Shown piece after piece: positions 1-13,774 of a stretch of DNA of 64,000 nt. Origin of the DNA: Mobula hypostoma (lineage: Eukaryota); contig NC_086118.1 in the NCBI RefSeq assembly GCF_963921235.1, positions 28,708,001 to 28,772,000 of the forward strand. The letters are read 5' to 3'. The translations under genes were made by a program, and so were the position numbers. The notes under the pieces are model-generated. The model was not told where the DNA came from and searched no databases. It worked only from the letters and a program-made list of their open reading frames with translations. Within the stretch, counting starts at the first letter, position 1. Every line of letters starts with the position of its first letter.

Positions 1-936
1 AAGACAGTGCTTGCAGATCTCAGCAATATCAGAACCCTCAGAGCTTTGATATCTGGAGTGGAAGTTGGTCAGTCTGGACCCTGACAGATGACCTTGGAAG
101 AAGAGCTGTGGTAAACTGAAGCAATATTACTTAATGATACTGGTGGCCTGTATGGTAAAGGATGCCAGGAAAGGGCAAACACCTGTCTTTGAGAGCATTT
201 TTGTTTCATACTAAAAGAAAACAGTTTTATTTCACTGCTAAGTATAAAACCTGAAGCACTGTGCATGATAAGTAACTCTCCTGACAACTTGGCTTCTGTA
301 TTCTTCCGATGTATAGCTTTACCAGATGAACATAATGATGAATTAGGGAAAAAATCTGGAAGTACGGGCAAACTTACTTTAGAATGTGTATACCCTTAAG
401 TTCATCTTGGATGCATAGCTAAAGATGGGACTGGAATTAATATCATCTCAGCTTTTGTAGGAACAATGGAATTAACTCTAATTCTGCCCATCTGATGTTA
501 CAATAAAGGAGTTTTTGGCTCAAGCTCAAGAGATAAACCCAAAGCAAATAGACAATGTACTCTCGCTCAGAGAGCTCAAGACGTTGTAATATTAGGGGAA
601 TTGAAGATGCTTTATTTTACATAGAGGGCAGAGAGTTGGAACAAATCAGACTTCTTCAGGCTGGTAGGTGTAATCAATGGAGTGTCCCAAGGAACTCTGA
701 GGTCCTCAATTATTTATGATTCATGTTATTGACTTAGAAGAAGGGGCAGAGCTTAGAGTACCCAAATTTGCTAATTACATGAAAATGGGTGCGAGGAGCT
801 GTTACATTGATGATATTAGGACACTGCAGATGGATATAGACAGGTTGAGTAAGTGGGCCTAGATTTGTCAATATGGGAATGAGTTTGTTAAGAAGAATCT
901 AAAGGATGTTTATTGTCCAACTGAAGAAAGTTTATA

Positions 937-1070
937 TCACAAGCAAGAGAAAATCTGCAGATGCTGGAATTCCAAGCAACACACACAAAGTGTTGGAGAA
1001 ACTCAGCAGGCCAGGCTGCATCTATGGAAGAATATAGTCAATGTTTCGGCCTGATACCCTTTATCCAGAC
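937..1070 (-). mobile_element. Penelope-like element (PLE) terminal-repeat fragment with a degenerate hammerhead
   Basis: aaatctgcagatgctggaa...actcagcaggccagg...gtcaatgtttcggcctgataccc is homologous to the reverse complement of 20900-21039. Confidence 0.7.
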
Positions 1071-1153
1071 AAATGAGATAAATGCAGAGAGCCTTAAGAT
1101 TTCTTCTATACACATCACCTGCAGAAAGTGGCTAGCAAAAAAAATGGCATATT

Positions 1154-1183
1154 GATTTCCAGCATCTGCAGATTTCCTCGTGT
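1154..1183 (+). mobile_element. 30-bp PLE-terminus micro-insertion with a 9-bp TSD
   Basis: gatttccagcatctgcagatttcctcgtgt flanked by tggcatatt at 1145-1153 and 1184-1192. Confidence 0.7.
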
Positions 1184-1211
1184 TGGCATATTAATTTTAT
1201 CTTTTTACTAA

Positions 1212-1480
1212 GAGATATAGCACAGTCCAGTTCAATGAGCCGCACTGCCCAGAAAACCACCATTTTAACCATAGCCTAATCACAGGACAATTTACAATGA
1301 CCAATTAACCCACTAACCAGTATGCCTTTGGAATGTAGGAGGAAACAGGAGCACCAGGAGGAAACCCACACACTCATGGGGAGAATGTGCAAACTTCTTA
1401 CAGAAGGCATCTGAACTGAAATCCAAATAGCCCTAAGCTGTAATAATGTCACACTAACTACTATACTACAGTGGCACTCC
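1212..1480 (-). mobile_element. HE1-like V-SINE
   Basis: The reverse complement of 'ggaggaaacaggagcaccaggaggaaacccacacactcatggggagaatgtgcaaact' matches the V-domain pattern. Confidence 0.75.
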
Positions 1481-1616
1481 ATCAAGGCTGATCTATAATG
1501 GTAGAGGATTGTCACATAAGGACAACATTTTTCCAATTTATAATGTACCAATAAGGCCACACTTGGACCTGTAAACAATTTTGGTCTCCTTTTTTATCAA
1601 TGGATACGCTGACAGT

Positions 1617-1941
1617 GTGTGGGCACGTGGCCAAGTGGTTAAGGCATTGGACTAGCGACCTGAAGGTCGTGAGTTCGAGCCCCAGCTGAGGGAACGTGTT
1701 GTGTCCTTGAGCAAGGCACTTAATCACACATTGTTCTGCGACGACACTGGTGCCAAGCTGTATGGGTCCTAATGCCCTTCCCTTGGACAACATTGGTGTC
1801 GTGTAGCGGGGAGACTTGCAGCATGGACAACTGCTGGTCTTCCATACAACCTTGCCCAGGCCTGTGCCCTGGAGAGTGAAGACTTTCCAGGCACAGATCC
1901 ATGGTCTTGCAAGACTAACGGATGCCTTTACTTTACTTTAT
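1617..1941 (+). mobile_element. tRNA-derived SINE, full length, with TSD
   Basis: Pol III A box (tggccaagtgg) and B box (gagttcgagcc); CORE-like 'tgtccttgagcaaggcacttaa'; (CTTTA)n tail; TSD gctgacagt at 1608-1616 and 1942-1950; second copy at 42568-42870. Confidence 0.85.
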
Positions 1942-4900
1942 GCTGACAGTCCAAACTGGAAGAGACTAATTTCTAGGATTGTTCTATCGTGATTGGCTAA
2001 GGAACATAAATGTATACTCTCTTGAATTTAGAAGAATGAGGGGTGATTTTATGAAAAGACATTAGATCTTAAAGGTGCAAATCAAGATAGATGTGGAGTT
2101 GTTTTCATTTGTGGGAGAACCTTGAACCTTGAAGTTTAGATGTGGCTATTTAGAATTGAAGGCATATGAACTTCTCAGAGTGGGTGGTGTATCTCTGGAG
2201 GATTGATTATTGGCGGTAGAAATTGTTTTTGAAAGATCAGGGAACTGTGGTCTTTGCGGAAACTGGTATATAAGAGAAGCTGAGGCCTGGGATTGACTGA
2301 CTATGATCATATTGAATGGAAGACAGAGCAGGTCTGAGTGACTTAGTGACCTACTCTGCTATCCTCCTATGTGGATTTCTTAAGGATGGCTTGGAAGAGT
2401 TGAGGAAAGGACATTCATAACATAAATATGGAAATGATTGAAAATCTCAGATGTGACTGTGACAATAGCAGAGAAGGAATGATAATGTCTTGGAAAACCC
2501 TGCCTTGGAAGACGTAAGAGCACAAGAATATAATCTGAATTAGATTAGACATGGACCATTAGAGTATGATCTTCTGTGTCTGCTGGCACAGATAGTATGT
2601 CATTACTACAGTCGCAAAGGAGACCATGCAATATAAACAATAATCTATCAACATTGCTTGATTATCTTAAGTATTGTTCTTGTATCTAAAAAATCACAAG
2701 TCACTTCGGTGGAAGTGGAGCAGAAAAGAAATATTGCAGTCCAGTGGGAAAGGGAGTGATAATTCAGTTCCTGCCTAGCATCACTGGGCCTAACACTCTC
2801 TGATCTGAGTACAAATGAACTAACATGACCCACAATACAAGAATGGGTGATTAATACAATTCTTGGCATTTCACAGCACTGGCAACATCTCCTATTGGCA
2901 AGAAGTGCAGTTGACAGAAGCAATGGGATCATGAGGATGATGAGGTCAGAGTGGTTCAAGTTGAGCCCTGCAGAAGAACAGTTGAATGTAATTACTAGGG
3001 TTTCCCTGTAGCATCTCTTCCACAAGGACACTGTACCATTGAATCTATTCAAGCAGGCACTGTAGTTAAATATTTGTTAGGCCTTAATAAATCTTGTGCT
3101 GAGGTTCTTTACTGGCTTCTGGTGCCCTGCAGCCTTTTTTGACTGGTAAAAAGGTTTCCTAAGAACTCCATAGTTTTTCAATAACCCAAACCTGATCATA
3201 TTGTTTAAAATAACTCAATGTACTTCAACTAAGCTCAGCATTATTGCTTTCAGAGATTTACTATTATGTCCTCCAAGACATATTCTGCCAGTAGATGCAT
3301 TCGGTCAGTGATCATTCCTAGCACACGAACTGTTGGTTACATTTTATTAACAATAATAGGAAAAACCAGGCAAATCTGCTCAAAGGGAAGGTGCATATTA
3401 CCTTTTTCTTTTTTTTTGCAGGTGTGAGACACTGAGGTTCAACGAGTGAACATGTCTTCTTATGGCTAGTACAACTAAACAGCATTTTAGTTTATAATGT
3501 TGTACCTTGTGATAAACTTGAGAACATTTGAATTGTACTGGGATCAGTGCTTACGGTACAGTTTGTCATGTTGGTACAATTTAGTGCGCTGACTAACTTC
3601 ACATAGTAACTTGTCTTTGCATCATTACAGCTTAGATAATTTGCCAATGCAGGGATGATAACATTAACTTATTAGCTATTACTAGAGTACTTGTTTGGAT
3701 GTCTGGATGAAGAATCCTTATTTTAATTATCTGCAATATAAACCTGTCCTGTGATTGGCCACAAGCAGCAATTCTCTGTCAGTAATAATGCTGGATGGAG
3801 TCATCTGTGCTTTGATCTGGTGGCACATCATAAATTTAGATTTTTGCTTGGTAAGAGTATCAGTTAAACAAATCCCTAGTGGGTAAATGGTGTGGTAGAG
3901 ATCAGTCATGGTCTAACTGAATGGGAGAGGATCAATGAGAATGTTTTAATGCCCCCATTAAATATTGCATTTTAGATGGAATATTTGCAATATTTTACAG
4001 TTCTACATTTCAAGTCTTTATTCCTTATGCTTACTGTCTCACAATTAAATTTATTGTAATCAGTGTGAAACAAAAATCTACACCTAAATAATTATTACTG
4101 TTTCAAGTGCCCAATTAAATCTCTCAGGAATGAGCTACACAGACCTGGAGAGAAAGGTGAATTTTATGAAATATTTGCAACAAAATAAAAGAGCACAAAT
4201 GTTGTCATTTGTGACTGGACAATGTTTTGTTATCCGTCCTTCAACTGAGCTCATCAGAAATGTTTGGAGCAAGATGCTCATTTGTAGAATGGAACAGAAC
4301 CAAATTTATCTCTGCACGTTAGATAACGAGCTGCTAATTCCAAGTTAGATAGATTACAGCTGCATTTCTTTAAAACTAAACATGGTGATGCAGACTGCTT
4401 CTGACAGCAGCCTGGGGCAGATTTGGGATTGCCAGGAATCGATGCTGAAACAGTTGCTTGAAATGAACATAGATTTTGCAGTACATGGTATCCTTATTTT
4501 TTAAACCAATCATTTGTACTTCTGGCACTTCCATTCAAGACTACAATGCATGTTTATTTTAAAGCCTTTTGACTTTCTTGTTTCATTTTGGCTTACTTAA
4601 AATGAAAAGGATCTATTATGGCAGAAACTGGATGTATATCTTATGCTATGAATTAGGTCCCATGTAATTATAGTGAGAACTGCAAGTTCAAGGATTACTG
4701 AATTTTAATATCTCCCGCTGGCAGTTCATAGTGTTATTGTTGGCAGTAGTAAGGAAGTCTAAGACGCCAGAACATCTTGTGATCTTGGATGATGCAGTTT
4801 GCATATTTGGTGAGTTGCAAAAGAAACAATACTGGGGAGGGTTGGTAGTTGTGGTGTGGTGGGGAATTGCCTAAATGAATGTTTAAGATTGAGGTAAATA

Positions 4901-5959
4901 CTTAATAAAATTTCTTTGATTTTCTTTTGCACAGCTGTATTCAAATTATTTTTGTAAATGTGGCCTGTGTAAAAACAAAATTAAAATTGTGATGGAAATG
5001 GCAACTGAGTCCTAATTTATCTCCTTGTTGATGTAATGTCACCATGTTATCAAAAAGCTATGAACACTATGGTGGGAAAAGATAGACAAATAGGACCATA
5101 AGTCTCTATGAGGAATGCATAAAACAAAACAGAATCTCCTTTTCACAGAAAAAGAGAACGCTGATGGTGATTTATTAGAGGTCTTTAAATTTATGCAAAA
5201 AATTGTCAGATTGGACAGGGAAAAAGTGTTTTCCTTTTGAGGAAGACAAGTGGGAGGCTATCTCTTAAAATCAAATGGGGAATTCAGAAGAAAACTCAAC
5301 CTAACGAATAGTGGGAAAGAGGAATTTATTTCAACAGGGAGTCATTAAGGTGAACTATATCAATGTATTTAGGGGTAGCTAGATGAATGTTTAAGGGAAT
5401 AACGTGTCAGCCGAAGAGTGTTAACACCTGTTTTTATAATATAAACTGTCTGAGCATAATTTTAATTCCCACTGTGGTTTGTATGGAGTTTGGAGCAAAA
5501 TTGATTTTTACTTTATGATGAGATCTTGTCCAATAATATACCTCATTTATGTATATTTGGTACAATAAAAAAGATCAGATTCAAATCTGATCTAGAAATA
5601 TCTGCTTGCCACAATACAATAGCTAAACTAAATTCTGTGATATGTTACTCTTGTACTTCAGAGGTGAAAGAAGGGAAATGATGGAAGTGCCTTCCAAATA
5701 TGATCAGAATGCCCACAGCCACCATTGGTTGGTTTTGGACATAAACACTTCTCAGAATTTTACATCACAGAAACTAGCAAGTTAGTCCTACAGTCTTTGT
5801 CCTGTAGAATCATATTTCTCCCCAAAAGAGGTTTGCTTTCTTTTACAAATTTGCCTGCAGAGGATTATCTTGCTAGTATCTGTGAAGGAAGTAATTATTT
5901 CATCCCTCCAAATCCTTGCATGCTACCTCAAGGGAGACATGCACCACATCAATTTGCAA

Positions 5960-6120
5960 TGATAGGAAGTTGGACTGCTGAGAGGATGATCGGGGTCTCT
6001 CTTCCTCCATCTGAGATAATTATCAGGAGCACTGCATATGCTGGGCCCTTAGTATTGTGAAGAATCCCTCTCATCCATCCTACAATCTCTTTGACTCTCC
6101 CACCAACAGGCAGGAGGTAT
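5960..6120 (+). mobile_element. Rex1/Babar LINE C-terminal fragment
   Basis: 'actgctgagaggatgatcggggtctctcttcctcc' (TAERMIGVSLP) and 'caacaggcaggaggtat' (GRRY motif). Confidence 0.55.
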
Positions 6121-6124
6121 GAAC

Positions 6125-6845
6125 GTAGAAGGATGATTAGTAAGCATGCGGATGACCCAAGCTAATAATCTAACCGGGAAAGTGGGCCAAGGAGTGGGCC
6201 ATGAGAACTTGGCTTGAACAGAAATGAAGTGTTGCATTCTGGGAGATTAGAGCCCTAGAGAGTGTTGTTGACCCAGGGATACAAGGGCATGATTCCCTAA
6301 AAGTGGCAACATTGGCAGACATGATGGTGAAGAAGGCAGTTGGCATGCTTCCCTTGATTGGCATTGAGTAAATGACACGTCATGCTGCAATTGTACACTG
6401 GCGAGACTACACTTGGAGTATTGTGGCAGTCTAGTTGTCTGGTTGTGAGAAGGATGTCATTTAAACTGGAAAGGGTGTAGAAAAAAGTCACAAGGCTGTT
6501 GCTGAGACCATATTGTGTAAATTATATAAATCTTAGGGGGCGTAGATGAAGTAAATGGTCTCAGTCTTTTTCCCTGGGTAAAGGAGTCTAAAACTAGAGT
6601 GCATAGTTTTGAAGTGAGAGCAGACAGATATAAAGGGGGCCTTCAGAGGAAGTGATAAAAGTTAGTGCAATGAAACAGTTATATTTAAAAAAAAACACTT
6701 TTTTGGACAGTTATATGGATAGGAACGATTTAGGGATTGGGGCCAAATTCAAGCAAGTGAGATTAGCTCAGGTGGATACCATGATTGGCATGATCGGGGT
6801 GGATGGCAGAGCCTGTGTCATGCTGTTGTGATTCTAATGACTAAT
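6125..6845 (+). mobile_element. CR1/HER1 LINE 3' fragment
   Basis: Homologous to the reverse complement of 56290-57230 ('acacttggagtattgtg' = HLEYC) and has a HER1-type 3' UTR. Confidence 0.7.
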
Positions 6846-6869
6846 AAAGATAGTCTTATCTTATAGGAA

Positions 6870-7550
6870 AATATTGCTCAGTTGGTAAAACGGACAAAGT
6901 GATGTCTGAGTATAAAAGAACAGCCAGACTTTGAACATCTAAGGACCCCTAAGGGAGCCTGCATGATGTACAACATAGCAAAGGAATGTGAATATGGGAT
7001 ACTAGCCTTGGATTGGATCAGGTAGGTTATGGTACAGGTGTATAAAACATTGGTTAGGTCACAAGCTGGAATACTGTTTGTAGTTCTGGCTGCCATATTA
7101 TAGAAAGGATGTGATTGTACTAAATAGGGCATGGAGGAGTTTTAGCAGGACGTTGCCTGGGATGGGATATTTCATTTGAGACTGGGTAAATTGGTTTTAC
7201 TGATTCTTGGAGCAGAGGGGGCAAAAGGGAGTCCTGATTGAGGAGCGTGGAGAGAATAGCTAACTGTAACCTTCTCTCCATAGCAGAAATGCTTGAAAAC
7301 TAGTGTTTGTAGGTTTGTAGGGGAATCTGAGGAAGAATAGTTTCACCAGAAGAGCATTGGAACCTGAAACACATTGTCTGAGTTGGTGGTGGAAGTACAT
7401 ATTCACAAGATTTGCAGTATCTAGGTGAGCACTTGACAAGTTATTGAAGCAATGGACCGAGTGTTGGTAAGTGGAATTAGTATAGACAGGCACTTGAAGG
7501 TTGATGTGAACAAACTGAGACTCAAAATACAGTATAATTCAATGACTGTG
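6870..7550 (+). mobile_element. Older CR1 LINE 3' fragment
   Basis: 'tataaaacattggttaggtcacaagctggaatactg' (YKTLVR..LEY) followed by CR1 3' end motifs. Confidence 0.6.
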
Positions 7551-7859
7551 TATCGTACCAATGGCTCCCACTACCCTTTGGGCACTTCTCAGCTCACCTC
7601 TGTCAATCACCTACTGTCAATTTAGAGATTAAAAATCTATCTCCAAATAAATAATTAAAAAAGTCACCCAAGCATGGCTCTACTTGACAATTCCTCGGTA
7701 AGCTTAGGTTGCATGTGAGTGGGAATGTCAGCAACTAAGTGAAAAGGTAAAGGGGGGTTGATCCAGCTACACATCCTGAAATTTGTTCAGTTTTTTAACT
7801 TCAGAAAGTAATTGAAAGAAAAACATGGGAGCAAAGAATGCTCTTGACTTCTCTTTTCT

Positions 7860-9945
7860 TTGGTGCGGCATGCACGTGTGATGTGGAGGCATAAAAGCAT
7901 ATGTCATCCACATATTTTGACAGATAACCCAATGATTAATTACATAACTAAAGAATGCTTAATTAAACCAATTATTTACATTATTACTCAAATATTGCTG
8001 ATTACTGAAATATTAAATCCACAAAACTTCTTCCTGCTTGGGTATAAACTCTGACTCAATACAGAATGTACCTCAACTCAAATATGTAATGTACTTCTCT
8101 CTCGTCAACATATATATATATCCACAAGAATAAGAGGATTTCTTACCCTTGTGGGATAACATCTTTCCTGGGCATCACTCTGCTTGGCAGGTGAGACATG
8201 TGGCCTCCTCTGTAGTAGTTGTAGGAGTTCACTCTGGGATTGCAGGAAGTGGTTCTGACAGTTCTGGATACCTTTCATTTCTAACAATTGGCTCTGTTCT
8301 TCTCAACTGATCGATGTGTCATCTCGAGATGACATCAGATGCAAGCTCCACCATATAGGTGACTGGTCCAGTTCTGTTCTTAATCTTTGTAAGTACCCAC
8401 TTTTGATCACTTCTGTAGTCTCTTGCCAGATGGCCTTGTTTGAGGACCCTTCAATTTGTATCAGCTGTTTGTCCTGGATACTCCTTGAGCGATTGGGCTA
8501 GAGGAGATCCAAATGTGGGTGCAAGGGATGACCCAGGAACACTACAACTTATGAGTGGTTTGTTGAGGAGTGGGCTGCATTGTGATATGCAAGGAGAAAA
8601 TTGGCAAACTTCTGATTCAGTGTCAGTGTAGTGTGTGTGATATGCTGCCATTGCTCGCAGTGCATTCTTTAGACTCGGGAAAAGAATCTTGCCACCAAGC
8701 CATTTGTATCTGGGTGGAACGGTGCAGATGTACTCTAATATGTCTTATTCCATTCACTTTCAGGAAAGGCTGAAACAGTTCCACAACAATTTGTGGTCCA
8801 TTGCCATTGACTAAATGTTTTGGAAAACAAGTCCTTCAGATGAGACTTGTCAACACATCAGCAGCGTGCAAGGATGTAGTGGAGGCTGTTGGAAGCTGCA
8901 TCCATTACTTGTCTGTGGGGGAAGACAAATCTCAGGGTTGTATACTGAATATGTGATTTGATAATAAATCTACTTTGATTCTTTGAATCCTTGGTGGAAA
9001 TCATATTGCTTGGTCTCGTTAGTTTTAACAATGTAAATCTCAAAGCTATGCAGTCCTGTGTCACTTGTCATGATCAGATTTTTCACCAACAGCATGCGGG
9101 TTGTGTCTCTCTCTTACCTGACTTTTTATCTTTTTCCCTTCCCTGTGAAGTCCATTTATTTTTGTCTGCCCAGCAGGCTCTTTGTATGTGTCCTACTTTA
9201 TTATATTTTCGCCTTTAAATCTGCATTGGTCTGGTGTTTGTGAGCCCCTGTCACAACAGTAATGCAATTTGTTCGGCTAGGTAGCTTTCTATTTAGATGC
9301 TGCACTTTTGTTGGCACTCACCTTCATTCCTGATTGCAACTTAATGTTGTCTCTGTCTTCTGCTTCCACTGATACAGCTATTTCAACTGCTCTTTTAAAT
9401 ATAAATTGTGCTTCAGTTAAGAGCCATTGAATGTCTTTGATTCTACTTGTGAAACCTAACGTGTTCTCCTATCATCAATGATTTTTGATTTTACATTTTC
9501 CTGCAAAGCATTCATGATATCAGAAAAGCCAATTTCTACCAGTTTGGTTGAAGCTGTTAAACTTCTCTGCAAACTGAATGCTTTTTCACCTATTGCACTC
9601 AGTAACACTGGTACTTGCTTTGCATTGGCTATTTAATTTGTTTCAAAATACTGCTCAATTCAGTCACAATACATCATCCAGTTATCTGTTGTGAAATCAA
9701 ATGCATCTATGTTTTCAATTTCACCAGCTTTTCTACTTATTTACTATTATTATCACCCAGCTCACTCTTTATGAATCTATGAATTTCCTCAATTTTGTGC
9801 CTTTTTTTTTAACTTGACCATCTCTCTCCCCTTGGGAAGAGACACATGCAGTGCTCTTTTTAAAACTTGAATGTCTCTCTCTCCTCGTAAAGAAGAAGTG
9901 CTGCACTTCAACAAGTAGATAGTCATCTTGGCTTAGTCGTCACCA
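7860..9945 (-). mobile_element. Degenerate, internally deleted Gypsy LTR retrotransposon
   Basis: Minus strand shows a PBS-like TGGTGACGA (9945-9937), gag-like '..LLTEAQFIFKRAVEIAVSVEA' (~9430-9360), integrase-like remnants (~8830-8500; 'LFLGHPLHPHLDLL') and an AT-rich LTR remnant at ~7860-8022. Confidence 0.7.
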
Positions 9946-10589
9946 AGAACTCCAGAAACTAATTCGATGAAAAGACAAATTTTTAATCAACAATTTTGCA
10001 CATGGAAGGAGCGTTTAGCTGCATTACAAAGCTTACAAAAGTACAGGCATTCATAGTTACAGGGGCATACCGATATGTGTGATTTTCACAGGGATTCTGC
10101 ATCCTACACGGATCTTCAAAAGCCATTCTCTGATCCCTGGCACCCACTCACAATATTATTGCATGTACTCATTCCTTGCCAGTTGTGTTGTGTTGTAGTG
10201 GGATCTTTTTGTTTTAGGAATAGTGCTATGAAATTTCAATTCTTGTGGAGTTTTTTAAAGCAGCGTTAAGGACATTGCTAATCTCATGCTAATGCAGGAG
10301 AAACCAAGCATGAGTGGATTTCCAGGCCTTATAATGGATGAGTGAAGATAATTCCTTAGTTCAAGACAGCTACGATAGTGAGGTGCAAAGTTTGACTGAA
10401 GAGGTGAGGAATGAATACCAGTCCATGCTCATAGTCAGATGGTAATTCTATAGAAAGTTGGGTGAAGCCTGAGATTCTTTGTCATCCTTGTATACATAAA
10501 ATATACTCCAAGCTATGGCATGGAAGTTTTGATATTATTTTTGCACATTTTGAGTATATTTCTGGAGAATCCCCAAGTCTTATGGAAGT

Positions 10590-13500
10590 TCAATGGGAAC
10601 CGGAGTGATAGGGCTGAGGAAGAGGAAAACAGAAATAAATCAAAGATAGCGTGTAACAGAAATGATAGAAAGGACAGGCAGGAGATGAGGCATAATCACA
10701 GCCTGTGGGATGAGTTACAGGCAATAGAGACATGGTGCAGTTAAAACAGAAAGTAACCAATATAGACTGAAAATCTTATATTTGAATGCACGCAGCATAA
10801 GAAATAAAATGGGCCATCTTGAAATTCAGCTACAGATCGGCAAGTATGACATTGTGGCCATCGCTGAAACTTAGCTAAAGGATGGCTACCATTATGGTGT
10901 ATTGGAAAGATAGGTTATTAGGCAGAGGGGGTGGTGTGGTCCTGTGTATAAGAAATAATATTAAATTATTAGAAAGGGATGACATAGGATCGGGAAGTGT
11001 AGAATCTCTATGCGTTGAGTTAAGAAATAGCAAGGGTAAAAGGACCCTAATGGCAGTTGTATACAGGTGTACAAGCAGCAGCTGGGATGTGGATTACAAA
11101 TTACAGCAGCAGGTAGAAAAAGCATGTCAGAAGGGCAATGTCATGATAATCATTGGGGATTTTAACATGGAAGTGGATTGGGAAAACCAATTAAGTACTG
11201 GACCTCAAGCGAGAGAATTTGTAGAATGTCTAAGGGATGGCTTTTTAGAACAGCTTGTTGTTGAGCCCACTGGGGATCGGCAGTGCTGGATTGGGTGTTG
11301 TACAATAATCCGAAGGTGATAAAAGAGTTTAGGATTAAGGAAGCTTTAGGGAACAGTAATCACAATATGATTGAGTTCACTTTGAAGTTTGAGAAGGAGA
11401 AACTAAATTCCATTGTGTCGCTATTTCAGTGGGATAAAGGAAATTACAATGGCATGAGAGGGGATCTGGCTAAGGCTGACTGGAAAGAGACACTAGCAGG
11501 AAGGACAGCAGAGAAGAAATGGCTGGAGTTTCTGTGAAAAATGAGGGAAGTGCAAGACAGATATATTCCAAATAAGAATAAATTTTCAGATAGAAGAAGG
11601 ACACTACCATGGCTCACAAGTGAAGTCAGAGCCAAAGTAAAAGCAAAAGAGAGGGCATACAATGAAGCCAAAGCTAGTGGGAAGATAGAGGATTGGGAAG
11701 CTTTTAAAAATTTGCAGAAGGAAACTAAGAAGGTCATTAGGAAGAAGCTGGTTACTAATATCAAAGAAGATACTAAAAGCTTTTTTAAGTATATAAAGGG
11801 TAAAAAGAGAGTTGAGAGAAGATATAGGATCAATAGAAAATGACGCTGGAGATATTGTAATGAGAGACGCAGAGATGGCAGCGGAACTGAATGTGTATTT
11901 TGCATCAGTCTTCACAGTGGAAAACATCTGCAGTATACCAGACATTCAAGAATGTCAGGGAAGTAAAGTATGTGCAGTGAAAATTACAGTTGAGAAGGTG
12001 CTCAGAAAGCTTAACGGTCTGATGGTGGATAAATCTCCTAGACCTGGTGGAATGCACCCTTGGGTTCTAAAGGAAGTAGCTGGAGAGATTGCGGAGGCAT
12101 TAACAATGATCTTTCAAGAATTGATAGATTCTGGCATTGTACCGGATGACTGGAAAATTGCAAAAGTTACTCCACTATTTAAGAAAGGTGGGAGGCAGCA
12201 GAAAGGAAACTGTAGACCTGTTAGCCTGACATCAGTGGTTGGAATTGACAGTTAGGGATGAAATTACACAGTACCTGGAGGCACATGACAAGATAGGCCA
12301 AAGCCAGCATGGTTTCCTGAAACAAAATTCTTGCCTGACTAACCTACTGCAATTTTTTGAGGAAATTACAAGCAGGGTAGACAAAGGAAATGCAGTGGAT
12401 GTGGTGTACTTGGATTTTCAGAAGGCCTTTGACAAGGTGCCGCACAGGAGGCTGCTTAGCAAGATAAGAGCCCACGGAATTACAAGGAAGTTACTAGCAT
12501 GCGTGGAGCATTGGTCGATCGGCAGACAGCAGAGAATGGGAATAAAGGGATCCTATTCTGACTGGCTGCCGGTTACCAGTGCAGTTCCACAGGGGTCGGT
12601 GTTGGGACTGCTGCTTTTTACTATGTATGTGAATGATCTGGACTATGGGATTAATGAATTTGTGGCTAAATTAGCCAATGTTACAAAGATAGGTGGAGGA
12701 GTGGGTAGTATTGTGGAAACAGAGAGCCTGCAGAGAGACTTAGATAGTTTAGGGGAATGGGCAAAGAAGTGCCAAATGAAGTACAATGTTAGAAAGTATA
12801 CGGTCATGCACTTTTGTGGAAGAAATAAACGGGCAGTCTATTATTCAGATGGAGGGAGAATTCAAAACACAGAGATACAAAGGGACTTGGGAGTCCCTGT
12901 GCAGAATACCCTAAAGGTTAACCTCCAGGTTGAGTTGGTGGTGAAGAAGGTGAATGCAATGTGGGCATTCATTTCTAGACGTAGAGATTATAAGAACAAG
13001 GATGTGATGTTGAGGCTCTATAAGGCACTCGTGAGACCACACTTGGAGTATTGTGTATAGTTTTGAGCTCCTTATTTTAAAAAGGATATACTGATATTGA
13101 AGAAGGTTCAGAGAAGATTCACGAGAATGATTCCAGGAATGAATGGGTTACTGTATGAGGAACGTTCAGTAACTCTTGGTCTGTATTCCCTGGAATTCAG
13201 GAGAATGAGGGTGGATCTCATAGAAACATTCTGAATGTTAAAAGGCCTGAACAGATAAGATATGGCAAAGTTATTTCCTATGATAGAGGAGTCTAGGACA
13301 AGAAGGCATGACTTCAGGATTGAAGAATGTCCATTTGGAACAGATATGCGGAGAAATTACTTTCGTCAGAGGGTGGTAAGTCTATGAAATTTGTTGCCAC
13401 GAGCGGCTGTGGAGGCCAAGTCATTGGGTGCGTTTAAGGCAGAGATAGATAGGTTCTTGATTAGCCAGAGCATCAAAGAGTATGGGAAGAAGGCAGGGGA

Positions 13501-13601
13501 GTTATGATGACTGGAAGAATTAGATCAGCCTTGCCTGAATGGTGGAGCAGACTTGATGGGCTGAATGGCCTACTTCTGCTCCTATATCTTATGGTCTTAT
13601 G
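10590..13601 (+). mobile_element. Near full-length ORF2 of a CR1/HER1 LINE (APE endonuclease + reverse transcriptase), pseudogenised
   Basis: 'YLNARSIRNK', 'GRGGGV', 'IIGDFN', 'NCRPVSLTSVV', 'QHGF', 'DVVYLDFQKAFDKVPH', 'VPQGSVLG', 'LVRPHLEYC'; multiple stops and frameshifts; FADD mutated to LANV; 3' tail tcttatggtcttatg. Confidence 0.95.
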
Positions 13602-13774
13602 CTCTCACTACTTGTCCATCTTTTCTGACTTCACATTTTTAGTAAGCTCTCTATTGTAACAACTTACAGTTCTAAATGAATGATCTTGCATGAACTTATT
13701 TCTCACATGTTTAGCAATTTATTTAAACTATTAATATCTGCATCTTTTCAACTGTAATTTAAAAATCTTATGTA

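Larger units (their letters stand above)
570..2375 (+). mobile_element. Old, fragmented CR1/HER1-type LINE remnants interrupted by younger insertions
   Basis: Degenerate RT-like segment at 670-860 (ggagtgtcccaagga = GVPQG; 'cccaaatttgctaattac' resembles KFADD) and CR1 3' segments at 1960-2375 (agaagaatgaggggtgat). Confidence 0.55.

Noticed and set aside
1617..1700. tRNA gene
   Set aside because: The tRNA-like head continues into a SINE body and tail with a TSD, and a second copy exists at 42568-42870.
5572..5593. Palindrome AGATCAGATT-ca-AATCTGATCT
   Set aside because: A 10-bp arm is within chance expectation for AT-rich 64 kb and has no supporting context.
8317..8334. Perfect 18-bp palindrome TGTCATCTCGAGATGACA
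   Set aside because: It lies within decayed Gypsy coding sequence and is compatible with chance.
10882..13060. Functional endonuclease/reverse transcriptase gene
   Set aside because: The frame is broken into several ORFs by stops and frameshifts, and the catalytic FADD motif reads LANV. It is a dead CR1 copy.
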